Program-made: the position numbers and the translations under genes
Shown here: piece by piece, positions 1 to 14,000 of the stretch
Position numbering within the stretch: the first letter of the stretch is position 1
Layout: each line of letters opens with the position of its first letter
Notes under the pieces: generated by a model
What the model was told of the DNA's origin: nothing
The model's database searches: none
The model's input: the letters and a program-made list of their open reading frames with translations, nothing else
NCBI RefSeq assembly: GCF_964355755.1
Contig: NC_092677.1
Span: 27,763,175 to 27,827,174, forward strand
Origin: Antedon mediterranea
Lineage: Eukaryota > Animalia > Echinodermata
Reading direction: 5' to 3'
DNA length: 64,000 nucleotides

Positions 1-3000
1 CCATAATTGCCTAAGTCACACAGCTGACTTAGGCCGAAACACAAAAAATATAGTATATTGATATAAACAGTGAGTTAGGCCATAGAGATCTCTATTGTTA
101 GGCAGAAAAACAAAACAAAAATTATGACTTAGACAATTTTGTTATGAGGCTGTCGATATCATCTATATACAAAAAATGCTACCTTTAAGTAACAAAATGT
201 AATAGCATCAGCTCTTCAGATTAAAATTAACACTGATGGTTTTAGAAAAAGAAAGTAGCAATAAAAGAGAAAGAATTTGTAACAAATGGGTAAAAAAATA
301 TAATATAAAACTGTATTTCTCATTTTATTAAAAAAATCATGAGTCTCCTCTCCTTAATTGCCTAAGTCACACAGCTGACTTAGGCAGAAACACAAAAAAA
401 CGATCTGAGCATGTGCAAATGTATATAAAAGCACTCAGATAATGCACAGAGGGCAGTATAATGATATAAGCAGTGAGTTATGCAGATCATAAGTCAGCTC
501 TCCTTAGCCTAATTGCCTAAGTCACACAGCTGACTTAGGCAGAAACACAAAAATATAGTATATTGATATAAGCAGTGAGTTAGGCAGATCATAAGTCAGC
601 TCTCCTTAATTGCCTAAGTCACACAGCTGACTTAGGCAGAAACACAAAAAATATAGTATATTGATATAAGCAGTGAGTTAGGCAGATCATAAGTCAGCTC
701 TCCATAATTGCCTAAGTCACACAGCTGACTTAGGCCGAAACACAAAAAATATAGTATATTGATATAAGCAGTGAGTTAGGGAGAAAAACAAATTATGACT
801 TAGACACTTTTGTTATGAGGCTGTCGATATCATCTATATACAAAAAATGCTACCTTTAAGTAACAAAATTTGATAGCATCAGCTCTTCAGATTAAAATTA
901 ACACTGATGATTTTAGAAAAGGAAAGTAGCAATAAAAAAAAGAGAATTTGTAACAAATGGGTTAAAAAATATACTATAAAAATGTATTTCTTATTTTATT
1001 TAAAAAATCATGAGTCTCCTCTGCTTAATTGCCTAAGTCCCACAGCTGACTTAGGCAGAATCTAAAAAAATATAGTATATTGATATAAGCAGTGAGTTAT
1101 GCAGATCATAAGTCAGCTCTCCTTAATTGCCTAAGTCACACAGCTGACTTAGGCAGAAACACAAAAAATATAGTATATTGATATAAGCAGTGAGTTAGGC
1201 AGATCATAAGTCAGCTCTCCTTAATTGCCTAAGTCACACAGCTGACTTAGGCAGAAACACAAAAAATATAGTATATTGATATAAGCAGTGAGTTAGGCAG
1301 ATCATAAATCAGCTCTTCTTAATTGCCTAAGTCACATAGCTGACTTAGGCAGAAACGCAAAAAATATAGTATATTGATATAAGCAGTGAGTTAGGCCATA
1401 GAGATCTCTATGGTTAGGCAGAAAAACAAAACAAAAATTATGACTTAGACAATTTTCTTATGAGGCTGTCGATATCATCTATATACAAAAAATGCTACCT
1501 TTATGTAACAAAATGTAATAGCATCAGCTCTTCAGATTAAAATTAACACTGATGATTTTAGAAAAGGAAAGTAGCAATAGAAGAGAAAGAATTTGTAACA
1601 AATGGGTTAAAAAATATACTATAAAACTGTATATCTCATTTTATTAAAAAAATCATGAGTCTCCTCTCCTTAATTGCCTAAGTCACACAGCTGACTTAGG
1701 CAGAAACACAGAAAACGATCTGAGCATGTGCAAATGTATATAAAAGCACTCATATAATGTACAGAGGGCAGTATAATGATATAAGCAGTGAGTTAGGCAG
1801 ATCAAAAGTCAGCTCTCCTTAATTGCCTAAGTCACACAGCTGACTTAGGCAGAAATTCAAAAAATATAGTATATTGATATAAGCAGTGAGTTAGGCAGAT
1901 CATAAGTCAGCTCTCCTTAATTGCCTAAGTCACACAGCTGACTTAGGCAGAAATTCAAAAAATATAGTATATTGATATAAGCAGTGAGTTAGGCAGATCA
2001 TAAGTCAGCTCTCCTTAATTGCCTAAGTCACACAGAGGACTTAGGCAGAAACGCAAAAAATATTGTATATTGATATAAGCAGTGAGTTAGGCCATAGAGA
2101 TCTCTATGGTTAGGCAGAAAAACAAAACAAAAATTATGACTTAGACAATTTTCTTATGAGGCTGTCGATATCATCTATATACAAAAAATGCTACCTTTAT
2201 GTAACAAAATGTAATATCATCAGCTCTTCAGATTAAAATTGACACTGATGATTTTAGAAAAGGAAAGTAGCAATAAAAGAGAAAGAATTTGTAACAAATG
2301 GGTTAAAAAATATACTATAAAAATGTATTTCTCATTTTATTAAAAAGATCATGAGTCTCCTCTCCTTAATTGCCAAAGTCACACAGCTGACTTAGGCAGA
2401 AACACAAAAAAAAAACCGATCTGAGCATGTGCAAATGTATATAAAAGCACTCAGATAATGTACAGAGGGCAGTATAATGATATAAGCAGGGAGTTAGGCA
2501 GATCATAAGTCAGCTCTCCTTAATTGCCTAAGTCACACAGCTGACTTAGGCAGAAATTCAAAAAATATAGTATATTGATATAAGCAGTGAGTTAGGCAGA
2601 TCATAAGTCAGCTCTCCTTAATTGCCTAAGTCACACAGCTGACTTAGGCAGAAACACAAAAAATATAGTATAATGATATAAGCAGTGAGTTAGGCAGATC
2701 AAAAGTCAGCTCTTCTTAATTGCCTAAGTCACACAGCTGACTTAGGCAGAAACACAAAAAATATAGTATATTGATATAAGCAGTGAGTTAGGCAGATCAT
2801 AAGTCAGCTCTCCTTAATTGCCTAAGTCACACAGCTGACTTAGGCAGAAACACAAAAAATATAGTATATTGATATAAGCAGTGAGTTAGGCAGATCATAA
2901 ATCAGCTCTTCTTAATTGCCTAAGTCACACAGCTGACTTAGGCAGAAACGCAAAAAATATAGTAAATTGATATAAGCAGTGAGTTAGGCCATAGAGATCT

Positions 3001-6000
3001 CTATGGTTAGGCAGAAAAACAAAACAAAAATTATGACTTAGACAATTTTCTTATGAGGCTGTCGATATCATCTATATACAAAAAATGCTACCTTTATGTA
3101 ACAAAATGTAATAGCATCAGCTCTTCAGATTAAAATTAACACTGATGATTTTAGAAAAGGAAAGTAGCAATAATAGAGAAAGAATTTGTAACAAATTGGT
3201 TAAAAAATATACTATAAAAATGTATTTCTCATTTTATTAAAAAGATCATGAGTCTCCTCTCCTTAATTGCAAAAGTCACACAGCTGACTTAGGCAGAAAC
3301 ACAAAAAAAAAACGATCTGAGCATGTGCAAATGTATATAAAAGCACTCAGATAATGTACAGAGGGCAGTATAATGATATAAGCAGTGAGTTAGGCAGATC
3401 ATAAGTCAGCTCTCCTTAATTGCCTAAGTCACACAGCTGACTTAGGCAGAAACACAAAAAAACGATCTGAGCATGTGCAAATGTATATAAAAGCACTCAG
3501 ATAATGCACAGAGGGCAGTATAATGATATAAGCAGTGAGTTATGCAGATCATAAGTCAGCTCTCCTTAATTGCCTAAGTCACACAGCTGACTTAGGCAGA
3601 AACACAAAAATATAGTATATTGATATAAGCAGAGTTAGGCAGATCATAAGTCAGCTCTCCTTAATTTCCTAAGTCACACAGCTGACTTAGGCAGAAACAC
3701 AAAAAAATATAGTATATTGATATAAGCAGTGAGTTAGGCAGATCATAAGTCAGCTCTCCATAATTGCCTAAGTCACACAGCTGACTTAGGCCGAAACACA
3801 AAAAATATAGTATATTGATATAAGCAGTGAGTTAGGCCATAGAGATCTCTATTGTTAGGCAGAAAAACAAAACAAAAATTATGACTTAGACAATTTTGTT
3901 ATGAGGCTGTCGATATCATCTATATACAAAAAATGCTACCTTTAAGTAACAAAATGTAATAGCATCAGCTCTTCAGATTAAAATTAACACTGATGGTTTT
4001 AGAAAAAGAAAGTAGCAATAAAAGAGAAAGAATTTGTAACAAATGGGTTAAAAAATATACTATAAAACTGTATTTCTCATTTTATTTAAAAAATCATGAG
4101 TCTCCTCTCCTTAATTGCCTAAGTCACACAGCTGACTTAGGCAGAAACACAAAAAAACGATCTGAGCATGTGCAAATGTATATAAAAGCACTCAGATAAT
4201 GCACAGAGGGCAGTATAATGATATAAGCAGTGAGTTATGCAGATCATAAGTCAGCTCTCCTTAATTGCTTAAGTCACACAGCTGACTTAGGCAGAAACAC
4301 AAAAATATAGTATATTGATATAAGCAGAGTTAGGCAGATCATAAGTCAGCTCTCCTTAATTTCCTAAGTCACACAGCTGACTTAGGCAGAAACACAAACA
4401 AATATAGTATATTGATATAAGCAGTGAGTTAGGCAGATCATAAGTCAGCTCTCCATAATTGCCTAAGTCACACAGCTGACTTAGGCCGAAACACAAAAAA
4501 TATAGTATATTGATATAAGCAGTGAGTTAGGCCATAGAGATCTCTATTGTTAGGCAGAAAAACAAAACAAAAATTATGACTTAGACAATTTTGTTATGAG
4601 GCTGTCGATATCATCTATATACAAAAAATACTACCTTTAAGTAACAAAATGTAATAGCATCAGCTCTTCAGATTAAAATTAACACTGATGGTTTTAGAAA
4701 AAGAAAGTAGCAATAAAAGAGAAAGAATTTGTAACAAATGGGTTAAAAAATATACTATAAAACTGTATTTCTCATTTTATTTAAAAAATCATGAGTCTCC
4801 TCTCCTTAATTGCCTAAGTCACACAGCTGACTTAGGCAGAAACACAAAAAAACGATCTGAGCATGTGCAAATGTATATAAAAGCACTCAGATAATGCACA
4901 GAGGGCAGTATAATGATATAAGCAGTGAGTTATGCAGATCATAAGTCAGCTCTCCTTAGCCTAATTGCCTAAGTCACACAGCTGACTTAGGCAGAAACAC
5001 AAAAATATAGTATATTGACATAAGCAGTGAGTTAGGCAGATCATAAGTCAGCTCTCCATAATTGCCTAAGTCACACAGCTGACTTAGGCCGAAACACAAA
5101 AAATATAGTATATTGATATAAGCAGTGAGTTAGGCCATAGAGATCTCTATTGTTAGGCAGAAAAACAAAACAAAAATTATGACTTAGACAATTTCGTTAT
5201 GAGGCTGTCGATATCATCTATATACAAAAAATGCTACCTTTAAGTAACAAAATGTAATAGCATCAGCTCTTCAGATTAAAATTAACACTGATGGTTTTAG
5301 AAAAAGAAAGTAGCAATAAAAGAGAAAGAATTTGTAACAAATGGGTTAAAAAATATACTATAAAACTGTATTTCTCATTTTATTTAAAAAATGATGAGTC
5401 TCCTCTCTTTAATTGCCTAAGTCACACAGCTGACTTAGGCAGAAACACAAAAAACGATCTGAGCATGTGCAAATGTATATAAAAGCACTCAGATAATGCA
5501 CAGAGGGCAGTATAATGATATAAGCAGTGAGTTATGCAGATCATAAGTCAGCTCTCCTTAGCCTAATTGCCTAAGTCACACAGCTGACTTAGGCAGAAAC
5601 ACAAAAATATAGTATATTGATATAAGCAGTGAGTTAGGCAGATCATAAGTCAGCTCTCCTTAATTGCCTAAGTCACACAGCTGACTTAGGCAGAAACACA
5701 AAAAATATAGTATATTGATATAAGCAGGGAGTTAGGCAGATCATAAGTCAGCTCTCCATAATTGCCTAAGTCACACAGCTGACTTAGGCAGAAACACAAA
5801 AAATATAGTATATTGATATAAGCAGTGAGTTAGGGAGAAAAACAAATTATGACTTAGACACTTTTGTTATAAGGCTGTCGATATCATCTATATACAAAAA
5901 ATGCTACCTTTAAGTAACAAAATTTGATAGCATCAGCTCTTCAGATTAAAATTAACACTGATGATTTTAGAAAAGGAAAGTAGCAATAAAAGAGAGAGAA

Positions 6001-7245
6001 TTTGTAACAAATGGGTTAAAAAATATACTATAAAACTGTATTTCTCATTTTATTTAAAAAATCATGAGTCTCCTCTGCTTAATTGCCAAAGTCACACAGC
6101 TGACTTAGGCAGAAACACAAAAAAAAAACGATCTGAGCATGTGCAAATGTATATAAAAGCACTCAGATAATGTACAGAGGGCAGTATAATGATATAAGCA
6201 GTGAGTTAGGCAGATCATAAGTCAGCTCTCCTTTATTGCCTAAGTCACACAGCTGACTTAGGCAGAAACACAAAAAAACGATCTGAGCATGTGAAAATGT
6301 ATATAAAAGCACTCAGATAATGCACAGAGGGCAGTATAATGATATAAGCAGTGAGTTATGCAGATCATAAGTCAGCTCTCCTTAGCCTAATTGCCTATGT
6401 CACACAGCTGACTTAGGCAGAAACACAAAAAATATAGTATATTGATATAAGCAGTGAGTTAGGCAGATCATAAGTCAGCTCTCCATAATTGCCTAAGTCA
6501 CACAGCTGACTTAGGCCGAAACACAAAAAATATAGAGAGAAAAACAAATTATGACTTAGACACTTTTGTTATGAGGCTGTCGATATCATCTATATACAAA
6601 AAATGCTACCTTTAAGTAACAACATTTGATAGCATCAGCTCTTCAGATTAAAATTAACACTGATGATTTTAGAAAAGGAAAGTAGCAATAAAAGAGAGAG
6701 AATTCTTAACAAATGGGTTAAAAAATATACTATAAAAATGTATTTCTTATTTTATTTAAAAAATCATGAGTCTCCTCTGCTTAATTGCCTAAGTCACACA
6801 GCTGACTTAGGCAGAATCTAAAAAAATATAGTATATTGATATAAGCAGTGAGTTATGCCGATCATATGTCAGCTCTCCTTAATTGCCTAAGTCACACAGC
6901 TGACTTAGGCAGAAACACAAAAAATATAGTCTATTGATATAAGCAGTGAGTTAGGCAGATCATAAGTCAGCTCTCCTTAATTGCCTAAGTCACACAGCTG
7001 ACTTAGGCAGAAACACAAAAAATATAGTATATTGATATAAGCAGTGAGTTAGGCAGATCATAAGTCAGCTCTCCATAATTGCCTAAGTCACACAGCTGAC
7101 TTAGGCAGAAACACAAAAAATATAGTACATTGATATAAGCAGTGAGTTAGGCAATAGAGATCTCTATGGTTAGGCAGAAAAACAAAACAAAAATTATGAC
7201 TTAGAAAATGTTGTTATGAGGCTGTCGATATCATCTATATACAAA

Positions 7246-8072
7246 CAAGGCCAACAGCCATTAAGTCGCGTGCTACAATGCATAGTGATACCGGACCGAC
7301 AGACAGACCGACAGACCGACAGACAGACCGACAGACAGACAGACAGACAGAGAGACAGACCGACCGACCGACATAGTGAACTATACTGACCGAAATTACT
7401 GAACATGTTTAAAAATGTTGAAATGTTTAAAAACATTTATTTTTTTTTAATTTACACGTGCGTAGCCTGTCACTTTCGACGTGCTCGTATAACGTAATTT
7501 CGAGTTGAAAAGTAAGTCAAGAAAACAGAAATCGGGCAAAAAGAGTGCGCAATAACATTTAACGCGCAGTGCGCGCGCAAAAATATGCGCACTCATGGCA
7601 ATTTTGTAAACGCTTAAAATTGCCTGAAATGTACTCTTATTTCATCGAAAATAAATTTTGAAAATGTTAAGCGCGCGTACGCATGCGTTACATGCGCTAC
7701 GCACGTAATTGTATTGCCATATGATGATTTATGCCCTGAAATTTATGAGTACCAAATTTTATTTAATTGTGAATCATGGTTGTGAAGATATGATTACAAA
7801 CGTGATTTCGTTAAATCGTGCGTACACCGCGTAATTTTTTATTGCGCACCCACCGTGAAAACATAACCACATTGATTCCTGGCCATAAGGAATATACTGT
7901 GAAAAATTGACCTAGCTAGATTAAACTGATATCAAGGTAAGGTCAGAAAGCGATAAAACGCATAGTGATACCGGACCGACAGACAGACAGACAGACCGAC
8001 AGACAGACCGACAGACAGACAGACAGACCGACCGACCGACATAGTGAACTATAGATTCGCTTCCACGCGACT
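7246..8072 (-). mobile_element. Non-autonomous Helentron-associated element (HINE/DINE-1-like) inserted into a satellite B unit
   Basis: Interrupts TATACAAA|AAATGCTACC in an A/T run with no clear TSD. On the minus strand it starts TTTT-AGTCGCGTG, has (GTCT/GTCG)n microsatellite blocks near both ends, a subterminal inverted copy CACGCGACT, and ends GGCTGTTGGCCTTGTT. A third copy is at 38697. Confidence 0.8.
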
Positions 8073-11000
8073 AAAAATGCTACCTTTAAGTAACAAAATT
8101 TAATAGCATCAGCTCTTCAGATTAAAATTAACACTGATGGTTTTAGAAAAGGAAAGTAGCAATAAAAGAGAAAGAATTTGTAACAAATGGGTTAAAAAAT
8201 ATACTATAAAACTGTATTTCTCATTTTATTAAAAAAATCATGAGTCTCCTCTCCTTAATTGCCTAAGTCACACAGCTGACTTAGGCAGAAACACAGAAAA
8301 CAATCTGAGCATGTGCAAATGTATATAAAAGCACTCATATAATGTACAGAGGGCAGTATAATGATATAAGCAGTGAGTTAGGCAGATCAAAAGTCAGCTC
8401 TCCTTAATTGCCTAAGTCACACAGCTGACTTAGGCAGAAATTCAAAAAATATAGTATATTGATATAAGCAGTGAGTTAGGCAGATCATAAGTCAGCTCTC
8501 CTTAATTGCCTAAGTCACACAGCTGACTTAGGCAGAAATTCAAAAAATATAGTATATTGATATAAGCAGTGAGTTAGGCAGATCATAAGTCAGCTCTCCT
8601 TAATTGCCTAAGTCACACAGCTGACTTAGGCAGAAACACAAAAAATATAGTATAATGATATAAGCAGTGAGTTAGGCAGATCAAAAGTCAACTCTTCTCA
8701 ATTGCCTAAGTCACACAGCTGACTTAGGCAGAAACACAAAAAATATAGTATATTGATATAAGCAGTGAGTTAGGCAGATCATAAGTCAGCTCTCTTTAAT
8801 TGCCTAAGTCACACAGCTGACTTAGGCAGAAACACAAAAAATATAGTATATTGATATAAGCAGTGAGTTAGGCAGATCATAAATCAGCTCTTCTTAATTG
8901 CCTAAGTCACACAGCTGACTTAGGCAGAAACGCAAAAAATATATTATATTGATATAAGCAGTGAGTTAGGCCATAGAGATCTCTATGGTTAGGCAGAAAA
9001 ACAAAACAAAAATTATGACTTAGACAATTTTCTTATGAGGCTGTCGATATCATCTATATACAAAAAATGCTACCTTTATGTAAAAAAATGTAATATCATC
9101 AGCTCTTCAGATTAAAATTAACACTGATGATTTTAGAAAAGGAAAGTAGCAATAAAAGAGAAAGAATTTGTAACAAATGGGTTAAAAAATATACTATAAA
9201 AATGTATTTCTCATTTTATTAAAAAGATCATGAGTCTCCTCTCCTTAATTGCCAAAGTCACACAGCTGACTTAGGCAGAAACACAAAAATAACCGATCTG
9301 AGCATGTGCAAATGTATATAAAAGCACTCAGATAATGTACAGAGGGCAGTATAATGATATAAGCAGTGAGTTAGGCAGATCATAAGTCAGCTCTCCTTAA
9401 TTGCCTAAGTCACACAGCTGACTTAGGCAGAAACACAAAAAAATATAGTATATTGATATAAGCAGTGAGTTAGGCAGATAATAAGTCAGCTCTCCTTAAT
9501 TGCCTAGGTCACACAGCTGACTTAGGCCAAAACACAAAAAATATAGTATATTGATATAAGCAGTGAGTTAGGCAGATCATAAGTCAGCTCTCCTTAATTG
9601 CCTAAGTCACTCAGCTGACTTAGGCAGAAACACAACAAATATAGTATATTGATGTAAGCAGTGAGTTAGGCAGATCATAAGTCAGCTTTCCTTAATTGCC
9701 TAAGTCACACAGCTGACTTAGGCAGAAACTCAAAAAAAATAGTATATTGATATAAGCAGTGAGTTAGGCAGATCATAAGTCAGCTCTCCATAATTGCCTA
9801 AGTCACACAGCTGACTTAGGCAGAAACACAAAAAATATAGTATATTGATATAAGCAGTGAGTTAGGCAATAGAGATTTCTATGGTTAGGCAGAAAAACAA
9901 AACAAAAATTATGACTTAGACAATTTTGTTATGAGGCTGTCAATATCATCTATATACAAAAAATGCTACCTTTAAGTAACAAAATGTAATAGCATCAGCT
10001 CTTCAGATTAAAATTAACACTGATGATTTTAGAAAAGGAAAGTAGCAATAAAAGAGAAAGAATTTGTAACAAATGGGTTAAAAATATAATATAAAAATGT
10101 ATTTCTCATTTTATTTAAAAAATCATGAGTCTCCTCTCCTTAATTGCCTAAGTCACACAGCAGACTTAGGCAGAAACACAAAAAAAAAACCGATCTGAGC
10201 ATGTGCAAATGTATATAAAAGCCCTCAGATAATGTACAGAGGGCAGTATAATGATATAAGCAGTGAGTTAGGCAGATCATAAGTCAGCTCTCCTTAATTG
10301 CCTAAGTCACACAGCTGATTTAGGTAGAAACACAAAAAATATAGTATATTGATATAAGCAGTGAGTTAGGCAGGTCATAAGTCAGCTCCCCTTAATTACC
10401 TAAGTCACACAGCTGACTTAGGCAGAAACACAAAAAAATATAGTATATTGATATAAGCAGTGAGTTAGGCAGATCATAAGTCAGCTCTCCTTAATTGCCT
10501 AAGTCACACAGCAGACTTAGGCAGAAACACAAAAAAAAAACGATCTGAGCATGTGCAAATGTACATAAAAGCACTCAGATAATGTACAGAGGGCAGTATA
10601 ATGATATAAGCAGTGAGTTAGGCACATCATACGTCAGCTCTCCTTAATTGCCTATGTCACACAGCTGACTTAGGCAGAAACACAAAAAATATAGTATATT
10701 GATATAAGCAGTGAGTTAGGCAGATCATAAGTCAGCTCTCCTTAATTGCCTGAGTCACACAGCTGACTTAGGCAGAAACACAAAAAATATAGTATATTGA
10801 TATAAGCAGAGAGTTAGGCACAGCATAAGTCAGCTCTCCATAATTGCTTAAGTCACACAGCTGACTTAGGCAGAAACGCAAAAAATATAGTAGGCCTATA
10901 TTGATATAAGCAGTGAGTTAGGCCATAGAGATCTCTATGGTTAGGCAGAAAAACAAAACAAAAATTATGACTTAGACAATTTTGTTATGAGGCTGTCGAT

Positions 11001-14000
11001 ATCATCTATATACAAACAATGCCACCTTTATGTAACAAAATTTAATAGCATCAGCTCTTCAGATTAAAATTAACACTGATGATTTTAGAAAAGGAAAGTA
11101 GCAATAAAAGAGAAAGAATTTGTAACAAATGGGTTAAAAAATATACTATAAAAATGTATTTCTCATTTTATTATAAAAATCATGAGTCTCCTCTCCTTAA
11201 TTGCCAAAGTCACACAGCTGACTTAGGCAGAAACACAAAAAAATATAGTATATTGATATAAGCAGTGAGTTAGGCAGATAATAAGTCAGCTCTCCTTAAT
11301 TGCCTAAGTCACACAGCTGACTTAGGCAGAAACACAAAAAATATAGTATATTGATATAAGCAGAGAGTTAGGCAAAGCATAAGTCAGCTCTTCATAATTG
11401 CTTAAGTCACACAGCTGACTTAGGCAGAAACGCAAAAAATATAGTATATTGATATAAGCAGTGAGTTAGGCCATAGAGATCTCTATGGTTAGGCAGAAAA
11501 ACAAAACAAAAATTATGACTTAGACAATTTTTGTTATGAGGCTGTCGATATCATCTATATACAAAAAATGCTACCTTTATGTAACAAAATGTAATAGCAT
11601 CAGCTCTTTAGATTAAAATTAACACTGATGATTTTAGAAAAGGAAAGTAGCAATAAAAGAGAAAGAATTTGTAACAAATGGGTTAAAAAATAAACTATAA
11701 AAATGTATTTCTCATTTTATTAAAAAAATCATGAGTCTCCTCTCCTTAATTGCCAAAGTCACACAGCTGACTTAGGCAGAAACACAAAAAAAAAAAACGA
11801 TCTGAGCATGGGCAAATGTATATAAAAGCACTCAGATAATGTACAGAGGGCAGTATAATGATATAAGCAGTGAGTTAGGCAGATCATAAGTCAGCTCTCC
11901 TTAATTGCCTAAGTCACACAGCTGACTTAGGCAGAAACACAAAAAATATAGTATATTGATATAAGCAGTGAGTTAGGCAGATCATAAGTCAGCTCTCCTT
12001 AATTACCTAAGTCACACAGCTGACTTAGGCAGAAACACAAACAAATATAGTATATTTATATAAGCAGTGAGTTAGGCAGATCATAAGTCAGCTCTCCTTA
12101 ATTGCCTAAGTCACACAGCAGAATTAGGCAGAAACACAAAAAAAAAAAAAACGATCTGAGCATGTGCAAATGTATATAAAAGCACTCAGATAATGTACAG
12201 AGGGCAGTATAATGATATAAGCAGTGAGTTAGGCAGATCATACGTCAGCTCTCCTTAATTGCCTATGTCACACAGCTGACTTAGGCAGAAACACAAAAAA
12301 TATAGTATATTGATATAAGCAGTGAGTTAGGCAGATCATAAGTCAGCTCTCCTTAATTGCCTAAGTCACACAGCTGATATAGGCAGAAACACAAAAAATA
12401 TAGTATATTGATATAAGCAGAGAGTTAGGCACAGCATAAGTCAGCTCTCCATAATTGCTTAAGTCACACAGCTGACTAAGGCAGAAACGCAAAAAAATAT
12501 AGTATATTGATATAAGCAGTGAGTTAGGCCATAGAGATCTCTATGGTTAGGCAGAAAAACAAAACAAAAATTATGACTTAGACAATTTTGTTATGAGGCT
12601 GTCGATATCATCTATATACAAAAAATGCTACCTTTATGTAACAAAATGTAATAGCATCAGTTCTTCAGATTAAAATTATCACTGATGATTTTAGAAAAGG
12701 AAAGTAGCAATAAAAGAGAAAGAATTTGTAACAAATGGGTTAAAAAATATACTATAAAAATGTATTTCTCATTTTATTAAAAAAATCATGAGTCTCCTCT
12801 CCTTAATTGCCAAAGTCACACAGCTGACTTAGGCAGAAACACAAAAAAAAAAAAAACGATCTGAGCATGTGCAAATGTATATAAAAGCACTCAGATAATG
12901 TACAGAGGGCAGTATAATTATATAAGCAGTGAGTTAGGCAGATAATAAGTCAGCTCTCCTTAATTGCCTAAGTCACACAGCTGACTTAGGAAGAAACACA
13001 AAAAATATAGTATATTGATATAAGCAGAGTTAGGCAGAGCATAAGTCAGCTCTCCATAATTGCTTAAGTCACACAGCTGACTTAGGCAGAAACGCAAAAA
13101 ATATAGTATATTGATATAAGCAGTGAGTTAGGCCATAGAGATCTCTATGGTTAGGCAGAAAAGCAAAACAAAAATTATGACTTAGACAATTTTGTTATGA
13201 GGCTGTCGATATCATCTATATACAAAAAATGCTACCTCTATGTAACAAAATGTAATAGCATCAGCTCTTCAGATTAAAATTAACACTGATGATTTTGAAA
13301 AAGGAAAGTAGCAATAAAAGAGAAAGAATTTGTAACAAATGGGTTAAAAAATATACTATAAAAATGTATTTCTCATTTTATTAAAAAAATAATGAGTCTC
13401 CTCTCCTTAATTGCCAAAGTCACACAGCTGACTTAGGCAGAAACACAAAAAAAAAACGATCTGAGCATGGGCAAATGTATATAAAAGCACTCAGATAATG
13501 TACAGAGGGCAGTATAATGATATAAGCAGTGAGTTAGGCAGATCATAAATCAGCTCTCCTTAATTGCCTAAGTCACACAGATGACTTACGGAGAAACACA
13601 AAACATATAGTATATTGATATAAGCAGTGAGTTAGGCAGATCATAAGTCGGCTCTCCTTAATTGCCTAAGTCACACAGCTGACTTAGGCAGAAACACAAA
13701 AAATATAGTATATTGATATAAGCAGTGAGTTAGGCAGATCATAGGTCAGCTCTCCTTAATTGCCTAAGTCACACAGCTGACTTAGGCAAAAACACAAAAA
13801 ATATAGTATATTGATATAAGCAGTGACTTAGGCAGATCATAAGTCAGCTCTCCTTAATTGCCTAAGTCACTCAGCTGACTTAGGCAGAAACACAACAAAT
13901 ATAGTATATTGATGTAAGCAGTGAGTTAGGCAGATCAAAAGTCAGCTCTCCTTAATTGCCTAAGTCACACAGGTGACTTAGGCAGAAACACAAAAAATAT

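Noticed and set aside
7194-7436. 80-aa ORF with SVCL repeats (also 17618-17860)
   Set aside because: Translation of the HINE microsatellite.
3993-11261. Repeated 60-69-aa ORFs (MVLEKESSNK...)
   Set aside because: Chance ORFs in satellite B units; most copies have a TAA stop or A-run frameshifts.
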